In this document: in pieces, positions 12,260 through 64,000 of the stretch
Layout: the number at the start of each line of letters is the position of its first letter
Numbering within the stretch: the first letter of the stretch is position 1
DNA from: Amoebidium appalachense
Taxonomy: Eukaryota > Protista > Ichthyosporea
Direction of reading: 5' to 3'
Assembly (NCBI GenBank): GCA_963693365.1
Contig: CAVNZM010000014.1
Coordinates: 3,534,001 to 3,598,000 of the forward strand
DNA: 64,000 bases
Position numbers and translations under genes: made by a program
Notes under the pieces: model-generated
The model's database searches: none
Seen by the model: the letters and a program-made list of their open reading frames with translations, nothing else
What the model was told of the DNA's origin: nothing

Positions 12260-13118
12260 CTCCACGACAACACACTCAAAATGGAAGAAAAAAGAGAGAG
12301 TGCATGGGGCGAAGGGACAGATTATGGCACACTTTACAAAACTAACCAAAATACACGACCTTCACGAAATCACAAAACAGGGCGAAGGAGAGAGTATCTG
12401 CATGCAATGCTGTGGCTTTGCCGTCATATCCGGTTCGCATGCATAGGAAAAAATAACAAAAGGGTGCGCTCATGCAAATTGTAACAGAGTTGTTGTCAAG
12501 CTCGCTCTCCGCTGCCTTTCCACAGACGGGCAGTCTTTCAATTGTGGTACGAATGCAGTGGGGTGCTCATCGACAAGCCCATAATCACTTCCAAAGATAA
12601 ACGACAAAAACATACATCTGTGTGTTCCATAGCGGTGTTCACGGGGGTAGGTAAACCTAGTATAAAGTGGTTGTTCAGATATCGGATGTGAATTTAGATT
12701 ACAAGCAACCACGTGTGTTTTGTGATTGGTGCATAGATCTTGCAGTCGGTTATTTTTTGTTTTAAAAGTGCCTAAAAGTGCCTTCCACAACCTGAAAATG
12801 AATAAGCCCACCCTTCCGTTCTCCCTTATGCTAATGCCAAATATGTGCAAACTTGTCCTTTTTATCCTCGGTCGTTCCCAAATGCAATGAAAAAGACCTG
12901 TATCTAGCTTGAAACAACCACCTCTTTCACACTACATATACCCATTTTCGTTACCTTGGTTTGGCGTCTTGAATCTTCGCCGTAACCACCGCCGTCCCAG
13001 TAGCCATCATGTCACACGGCTGCATCTTCGCAGAGTTGGGGCACTTGCAGGCGGAGGGTGCACCGGCTGCCATTGACACCGCGCCCAAAAGGGCCAGTGT
13101 TACGGCGCTAGAAAGCAT
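5331..13118 (-). CDS. Secreted multidomain protein (~1114 aa): signal peptide, TIMP N-terminal/NTR-like domain, pacifastin/VWC-like Cys module, then 8 helical repeats in Ala/Pro/Thr-rich linkers
   Basis: Six phase-compatible GT-AG exons: 13118-12955, 12073-12013, 10934-10653, 9585-9497, 8518-8284, 7845-5331. Translation starts MLSSAVTLALLGAVSMAAGAPSA-CKCP...VVTAKI...FTATVQNVFKGK...FACGV...FTIDDCGLNIGWASLTPELRRAL...YDC, then SCALG...CNKCACVNGDLNCSGPPC. One base must be removed from the G7 run at 7743-7749 to keep the frame. Confidence 0.8.
5360..6185 (-). repeat. Three near-identical coding repeat units (about 280-310 bp period), ALTAEQMAALADADTQKT...IVTQMAAMLKAP
   Basis: ATGGTCTTCTGAGTGTCGGCA...GGCAAGGGCTGCCATCTGCTC recurs at about 5524, 5836 and 6124. 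Confidence 0.9.
9043..9242 (-). mobile_element. Poly-C-anchored dispersed repeat, arm type A plus part of the structured core
   Basis: GATGTATGCGTTA...ATATGGAGGAG...CAGAAGACACTTGAACAGAGGCCATCATC matches 22157, 22357, 24333, 53045 and, inverted, 37790. It continues into AGTCATC..CGAGTTT..CAACTCAGAC as at 43960 and 59390. Confidence 0.75.
9910..10250. repeat. Intronic tandem duplication, two copies of about 175 bp
   Basis: CCATTGTGAAGACAAAGCCACCACAGGCTCCTACTTTCCTTTTACAACACCCATCCTTCAT at about 10017 and 10191, each preceded by the same AT-rich block. Confidence 0.9.
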
Positions 13119-14634
13119 TTTCTCGTTTCGTTTTTTCAGCTACTTATGGTTATTGAACTTGACGTGATGTTTTGGGGATGATTTTGAGATGGCCGATTGT
13201 GTGGTTGTGCGGGGTGAGATTGGGTCAGATGATTAGAGAGTGATATGCGACGTAGGCAACCCAACCCTCGTTTATACAAACAATAATTTTTTTTTTTTTT
13301 TGAACAGAGGAAGCTCGTAAAAAGAGGTGGGTTGACACGCTAACGACGGTCCACGGAAGGTCACCCGAGTGAGTGGGGCAGCGAAGTACAGCCAGACACA
13401 AGGGATTCCACATTCCTAAGTTTTACAAGAATCGGCGGTCGAACTCAACGGAAATGTATAAATGTAATACGATTCGTTGTATTTCGTTAAATTGCGTTTT
13501 ATAAATACATAAGCAACACGCGACATGTTTAAAATCATGCGCCTAAGTAGATGGAACTTTATTATTGGAATTCCGCGTCTTGCTTGGCCGGAACCCGGGC
13601 GTTGAAGAGGACAATATCAATAGACTAACAGTAATATTTGTTAAACTTTAACTTTTACATTAAATATATGTAAGTCTACATAGTATTGAACATTATGTAC
13701 GCAAAGGCTTTATGTTTGAGGCTTGACAAAGCTGCATCGTGCTGTTGTGCACTTGTGACGTCACACGGGTTTATTCAAACTTTATTGCGAGCATACCATT
13801 GCACACAGAGAATCTGTTACCTCGCTCCATAGGAATTTGTTGTGCGTCCAGTCACCGTCACCGACTCCACTGAGTCACTGACCAGCGGAGTCCAGCCTGT
13901 GGCCTGTCTTATCTGTTGCAACATGTCTGTCACCGGCCTACTGTACAGGAATCACAGCCGGCTGTTCGGGGAGTAAGCCTTCCGAGCTTTAACCTTTTGA
14001 AACCTTCAGGGCACTACCGAAAACGGAGTGCTGTAAACACGTACTGCGTGGGCCGCCGGAATTGTTACGGCTGAGTTAGTGTGGGGAGGTTTGCTCAGCG
14101 TTTACAAAAGACACGCGCACACAGTCTGTGCAGTGGCCCATAGTTCCGTGCAGATTCTTGGGCACTTTTCACGAACACGGTACTGCCCAGTTACGGCAGG
14201 AACAACAACAACATGATCCCAATAAACTCAGAGTCATTTATAAGGTCAATTAAGGTGCCAGCACGTTTACCCGGAAGGTATACCTCAGGCCGATTTGCCT
14301 TGGCCGGCGTGTGTGTGTGTGTGTGTTTGTGTGCGTCTCTGTGTGTGTGACACCGCCTGTGTGTGTGTGTGGGTTTGTGGGGTGTGGGTGTGTTTTTGTG
14401 TGTGTCTGCGCGCGTGCGCGCGCGTGTGTGTGTGTGTGTATGTGTGTGTGTGTGTGTATGTGTATGTGTGGGTGTGGGTGTGTGTTTGTGTGTTTTTTTG
14501 TGTTTTTTTGCGCACGTGTGATATGTTCGAATTCGTATACGTTTCTTGTGCCACGTAAGTCTGTGTCCGGGATATATGGGAACCAACCACACTAAGACTG
14601 GCAAGGGGACAGGCCAGGCCAGAGGGGATAGGCG

Positions 14635-14665
<31 letters not shown>

Positions 14666-16109
14666 AGGGGCTGTGACACTGTGTGGATGAAGAAATCAAA
14701 ACTTACAGCCATCACATATGTATGGGTGGCTATACGGAAATGTAACGTCAATATCATACTAGACGAATCATTGCAATCTGGTGTTGCAGAATGTTTATTA
14801 GGTCAAGTAGCGTGATGTTCAACGATAGCCTAATTTTTCTTACGAGAGCGGAGGTCCTCCAAAGCACAATTGGGCCTGTGATTCCTATATGAGGGACGAA
14901 AACTATTGGCCTCTGAGTTGAATTTTGAGGCTGCAATTGCCCAATTGCAATGTGTAGTTACTGTACTGGGGGGAGGAGGAGAAGAGACAGGGGAGGGGGT
15001 GGGAGAGGGGGGAGGGGGGAGGGACGGGGGGGTATACGTACCACTGGCGCACGCAGCTGCATGTCACTGTTGTACAAAAACCCGCACCCATTGCATGCAC
15101 CGATATATATATATATCACACATCTAATTTGAAAAAGGGTCACGCGTTCTGAGATCCGCAATTTCTTTCATGAGAAGAGCCCATGCTTTATTTCAGGGGT
15201 TTAGTTTAAATGTTTACGATTTCGGATCATCGTGGCATCACAACACCACAAACACGCCAGGCATCAACATTATTAGTTCCGTTGTTGCCTTCTTTTGCGC
15301 CGAAATACGTGAACATGACCGACAATTACCGTAACGGTGGAATAATATCTCCGCTCATAAACACATGGCAGAACAGCCTCTTACATTAATGTTAACACTA
15401 TAAAATGGGACCCGTATATAACCACACGCGCACACAGACCCTTAGGCTAGTTAAATGAATTCTACCAAACTATCTATAGGCTAGTCCATACATTACACAA
15501 TCACACCACATATATATAGGCTAGTTAATACATTAAACATAGTAAAGGAACGCTATTTAGTAATCTACATTCGGAAACTACTGCAACCATGCACCAACAA
15601 TCAAAGAAGAAAGTCATTCGCTTGAAAACGGGGGAAAAAAACGGGGGGAAAAGAAGAAGGAAGCTTCAATCCTAGAAGAGGGGTACGGTATTGTGATTAA
15701 CTGTGCCTGTACAGTAATGGCTCGTGTGTGCATATTGAATGACTGTGTGTGTGTGTGTGTATGTTGTAGATGGGGAAGTAGATGACACGGAGTGGTAATT
15801 TGATAATAATACTCGGGCTTGTATACCAGTGTGTGCGTGCGCGCGTGCGTGAGTGTGTGTGTCTGCACGCACGCGTGTCTCTCTGTGTATGTGGTGCTGG
15901 TGGTGGTGGTGGTATTTGACAGGCACTACAAAGTGCAAAGTACACAATCGCTACGGAGGACAATAAAACACAGATTTTGTATCTTTGCAAGCAAGAAAAC
16001 ACACAAAGTGGGGAGGTAGGTTGACAACCAATACTGTATAGGAAAATGCACACACAAATTGGGGAAGTAGATAAGTAGTACTGTGTGCATCTAGTACTGT
16101 GTGCATGTG

Positions 16110-29491
<13,382 letters not shown>

Positions 29492-30746
29492 GTTTGACAG
29501 AGTGGATGTCTATTAGAACACCACAAAGAAGTTTTTTTTTTAAAGGCAAAAAAATACAAGAAGCCTATAAAGATTTTAACATGAATGTGTGTTATGGGCA
29601 AAGCTCAAGATGCGGGCTAAAATGATTGCCAGCAAGAGCTCGAAGATGGGTGATGGGGTTGATTCGGGAGAACGTGGGTTTCTTCATAAGTGCCCCCTTT
29701 TTCGTGGGAAAGCAACCTAATTCTTAGGCTATAAGTGGATATTAACAAGTTTTTTCTTTTTTCTCAAAGGCGAACTACCGTTGCTTCTAGGGCAGAAGGC
29801 TTGTTTTCGAAGATGATCACGGTGCCATGCAAAGCACACCGGGCAACATGAAGTGGCAGTCCAACAACTGAAATATAGTGGTGTAGCAAGTATATATGCT
29901 TGGCATCTAGCCTAGTGCATACACAAAACTAACTTCTGAAGTTACTTTTTGCTGTTCGAAAAGCAAAAAAAAAAAAAAGGTAAAACTTTGAAAGGCCCCC
30001 GAGACTCTCCCAATTCCGGAAATAAGAGTGAGTAATTTGGTGATTTGGTGCGGTGGAAATTCACAAAAGTGGAAATTTCCGGAATATTTCCGGAATTAGG
30101 ATATTATACGGGGCGAAGGCACTTTCGAATATCCGTTTGGCCATTTTTGGCCCAATTTTGGGCACAATCGCTTAAAACACCAATAGGAACAGATTTTGCA
30201 AAGCTATATTTGGTTATCTGATACCATGACGTCATATTTCCCAGGCAGTACTATAGCGTAGCGCTCAGACAGAACAGAAGGGCTTTTAAACCAACCACCG
30301 CGTCTCCCATTTTAGCGTCTGGGCGCTGACCAGCCGAGAGCCACATTTCTCAAATGCGTCTCACCAATCAAGAGACTCAATCAACTTGTGTCAAATACCG
30401 ATGTCGACATACGAATCACGATTCAGTCCTTCGCGCCCTTTTTAGGGCTAGGGCGACACCGTGTCATGGAATTTGTGCACAGAACGACGTCACCAATGTG
30501 GCTCGCCGCCCAGCAGCTAAAATGGTTGTAGCGGTGGTTGCTTTAAGTTTAATTTTTGAATTTGTGCGTTTTTCGTTCTGCAAAGGAACATCCAACAGCT
30601 ATTTTTTTTCTTTGTAGCTGATTTGCACTGATTAAAAAAAAGGTTTTTATAAAACAATAACAAAGTAGGAATATAGGCTCGGCAGTTAGTTCTCTTTTAT
30701 TAATCACAAGATTTTAAGTGACGTTCGACGACACAGGAGAGTCACC
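29492..30746. promoter_or_regulatory. Putative bidirectional promoter region between RMD1 (minus) and ZMAT2 (plus)
   Basis: Head-to-head ATGs at 29491 and 30747. The interval is almost free of microsatellites, unlike the surrounding introns. No specific promoter element is claimed. Confidence 0.55.
30290..30542. mobile_element. MITE with imperfect TIRs and a TTAA target-site duplication (Kolobok- or piggyBac-type)
   Basis: TTAA|ACCAACCACCGCGTCTCCCATTTTAGCGTCTGGGCG...CGCCCAGCAGCTAAAATGGTTGTAGCGGTGGTTGCT|TTAA. A second copy lies at 54541-54790. Confidence 0.85.
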
Positions 30747-37081
<6,335 letters not shown>

Positions 37082-37204
37082 TCCGTGAAATATTCGTACT
37101 TTTTTAGTTGTTTTATAAATGGCTTGCTATAGATGACTTATTCCTGACTTTTTAGTCGCTTTATACATTGCTTGCTATAGATGATTTATGCTATCAACCA
37201 AGAA

Positions 37205-37256
<52 letters not shown>

Positions 37257-37469
37257 ACACACACACACGCACACACGCACACACGCACACACACACACAC
37301 ACTTCCCACACACACAGACACGTACACACACGCACACACACACACACACAGACACATACACTGTGCAGAACATAACCACCAACACATCATTGCTTTGCTC
37401 CATATGTACTTTTGGTAGTATGGCACGGTTGATAGTATAATAGCATGCACATAGGTGTTTTTTGTTGTG

Positions 37470-37507
<38 letters not shown>

Positions 37508-37789
37508 CTTCTCTCCCCGTCGGAGTAGGATATAGTATATGGCACACCCATTGGATTTGGTGTTTTTTGATGTTTTCTTTTCTTTTTTTTCTTCTCTCTC
37601 CGCCGGAGTAGGACATAGATCTGAGATAGGTACTGTAAATGCAATGAAAAAAAAATGTATGAATGAATGCTACGGGATATGCAAAAAACCCCCGATTAAT
37701 AATGGACCATTGGTCCATATTGTGCACCTGAAATTGAAAACCCCGCAACCCCCCCCCCCCCCCCCCCAGGCCCCCCGGGCCCCCCAGGA

Positions 37790-37975
37790 CCCCCCTGATG
37801 ATGGGTTCTGTTCAAGTGCCTTCTGCCTGCACGGTTAAATTGTTTGATCGATCGGGTTTCTCATTTTTGTGACCTTTTGTAGTTTGTCCTTTTTTGTTTC
37901 CTCCATATTTCCACATGAGCACATGAATAAAGTCATTATAAAATAAAATAAAATATTTCCCCTCTAACGGATACA
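37790..37975 (+). mobile_element. Poly-C-anchored dispersed repeat, arm type A, opposite in orientation to the other copies
   Basis: CCCCCTGATGATGGGTTCTGTTCAAGTGCCTTCTGCCTGCACG...CTCCATATTTCC...CCCTCTAACGGATACA then poly-C; this is the reverse complement of the 22157 and 53045 copies. Confidence 0.75.
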
Positions 37976-38306
37976 ACCCCCCTCCCCCCTCCCCCCTCCC
38001 CCCTCCCCACCCCCCCCCTCTCCCCCCGTCCGCGTTAAGAGAATATTGTAGTGGTAACCCGAACTCGTCATCACTAATGTGTTACACATTTGTACTAAAT
38101 GTGGGCATTTTCATTGGTGGGTCGTCTCAAGCTGAGTCAAGGTTTAGTTCTGATTGCTGGCACATTTTGAGGTCCCTTGCCAGAGGCCCGGCGGAATCCA
38201 GCTGCAGGGGGAAAAAACTAGCCAATAGCATACGTGGTTACCTACCAGGTGCCAAAAGTGGATCGTTATAATGGTGTTGTAGTTGGGTACACGGCATTCC
38301 TCTTGC

Positions 38307-38342
<36 letters not shown>

Positions 38343-38708
38343 TCCTTCCGGATCATCGGAGCCTGGCTAGCACTCTCCCAGCTTGCCCTGCCTTCTCCCT
38401 CTTAAGTGTTGGGGCTGGTGAACATCGACTCCATCCATCTTCGATGGAAAACCTGCCGTGACTTTTATTGTTGTTATTAATAATACTAGTTGATTGCTGG
38501 CTCGCGGGGGCTAACTTGATGTTGCAAGCACGGGGTGACATATGTACATGTACATGTCGTGGTCACCGTTGTGGTTGGTTGTGTGTGACTGCGTGTGCGC
38601 ATGCGCAAGCCTTGTGTGTGTGGACGTTTTTGGGACCTCCATGTAGCAGGGAAGGAGGGTAGGTGGTGGGTGGCGCCCGTTAACAGTGTCACCCCATGAA
38701 CATGTGCA

Positions 38709-38740
<32 letters not shown>

Positions 38741-39339
38741 TTTCTTCACTGGTCAACAAACCGTTGAAACTCGGCCATCTTTTTAACAGGCATGCATGCA
38801 CACGCTGCACTTTCTTTTAGTGTCCAGAGTTTCGAATCCACCACGTCAGTTGCAGCCCTCTCTCCCCCCCCCCCCCCCCCCCCCCCCGCTTCTTCTTTTT
38901 CGGATTATAAACAACCAAACAAGTCTCTCATAGGTATGGGTTTTCATTCATTCGTGATCGTAACTTCACCAGGGCATAACATCCATGGCCACGCCGTGAT
39001 ATTTAGAATCTTAAACCTTTAAATCTAAGTTAACAACTTTAAAGCGTGAACCTAATAGAAACAAACGTCATACAATGCTCGATCGATTACAATATACGCA
39101 CATTCATGCCATATCACAAACTCTTTTATCCGCAAGGTCCCCTGACTATTTGAATCTTATGTTATAAACTGAGCTTTCCTTGTGTGCTCTTTTTGGTCTA
39201 CAAATTTTTTAGTCATTCCTGCTACTCTTCCATTGCAATGGGCCCCGTGAACACCCGGTCATTCACACCCACCCTACCCACCCAGCTATCCTGACTCATC
39301 CTAAATTGTGTCGTCAGCAAGTTCGGCTGTAGGTTACTC

Positions 39340-39380
<41 letters not shown>

Positions 39381-39772
39381 CCCTCAAACACTTCCACTTC
39401 ACACCACGGGGAAGGACATATCACATATCATGTTGTCAGAGCACCATACTATGTACGCAAACAACAAATACTTTAGCAGCCGATTACTAGATCTATACTG
39501 AACACAAATAATTATCATCGGTGTAAACAGCACAAGCATGAGCTTCTCGCAAAGCATCCAGGATTATTAAAGCATGCATGCCATTCGGCTATATTTCACC
39601 TATATTTCAAACGAGAATTAGGAAGCATTAGATATTTCTGCTGTAACGCTATCACAATTATTGTTTGTGTTTCATTCATGCCTGAAAGGAAATTTCAGTT
39701 TTATAAAAAAGAATTTTTTAACTCTTTTCGGCGACAGGACTTCAAGGTTGGGAATCGGATCTCAGCTTATGG

Positions 39773-63251
<23,479 letters not shown>

Positions 63252-63808
63252 CTGTGGCGCATTAAATTTTACATTTAGGTTGGACGATTCATTTGTTGTT
63301 GTTTTTTCCTTCTTCCTTTCTTTCGCACCCCGTCCCCAGGGTTGCACCTCCTACTTTGGCTGGAAGCCAGATCCAATGGGAAGTGTAGGACAGAAATAGC
63401 TACACAGTGTAAGAGAAGTAGATAGCAATAACTGAGGGTACAGGGGACGGAGGGTGGGTTGGTGGGTGGGTGGGTGGAGGGGGGGGGGGGGGGGGGAGGA
63501 AGGGGGGGGGGAAGGGGAGGGGTCCACGAGTGTACTTGCTGGCGCGAGTGTATGTGTGCATGTGTGTGTGTAGGGAGGCAGGAGAGGGGGGGGGGGGGGG
63601 GGGGGGGGGGGGAAGCGGGGAAGGAAGGAGGATGGCAGGCGTGCCAAAGATGATAAGGCTGAAATGGGGCGCTTGTAAGCCAGCAGGACAGAGTGGGAAG
63701 AGGAGCACGAATCGGAATGTGTGCACGTGGATTCCGTTTGATATCCCGTTCCAGAGAACCAGAGGGGGAAGTGTGTGTGTGTTGGGGGGGGGGGGGGGGG
63801 GGGGGGGG

Positions 63809-64000
63809 GTTGAATGCGGAACACGGTACGAAGTACGCATACACGATGAGAAGCATGGTGCAGGACACATGCAAAGGCAAACATTCAAGTATGCAACATC
63901 AGCCATGTGCACAGTATGCGTCATAAGCAGAGCCCATCCTCAGGGAGGGCCCAAGTCATCAATTGCATCTGAGTTTCGACCCCTTAGCCCGCGTATATAC
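63809..64000 (-). mobile_element. Poly-C-anchored repeat, B arm plus start of the core (cut by the window end)
   Basis: Differs from 43821-44011 at only a few positions. Confidence 0.85.

Overview
This is intron-rich eukaryotic DNA. GC-rich exons sit in introns saturated with (CA/TG)n, (GA/TC)n and poly-C/G tracts, so most ORFs in the supplied track are microsatellite artefacts. A unicellular holozoan such as an ichthyosporean is a plausible source, but that is inference only. Splicing by hand gives four genes: (1) a ~1114-aa secreted protein (minus, 5331-13118) with an N-terminal TIMP/NTR-like domain, a pacifastin/VWC-like Cys module and eight ~65-70-aa helical repeats; (2) a 13-exon RMD1/DUF155 gene (minus); (3) a divergently transcribed 7-exon ZMAT2/Snu23 gene (plus); (4) a 20+-exon ORP5/8-type oxysterol-binding protein gene (minus, 5' end beyond the window). 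There are also two paralogous Gly/Tyr/Trp-rich 3' exons. Mobile DNA includes a 5'-truncated but open Penelope-like RT between poly-C tracts, and about 20 short poly-C-anchored repeats sharing a covarying, apparently pseudoknotted ~170-nt core (candidate non-autonomous partners of that RT). Also present are a young copia-type TRIM with apparently identical LTRs and a TSD, three TTAA-flanked MITEs, a small TSD-flanked retroposon, and several tandem repeats that copy splice junctions. All homology calls come from motif recognition by eye; no searches were run.
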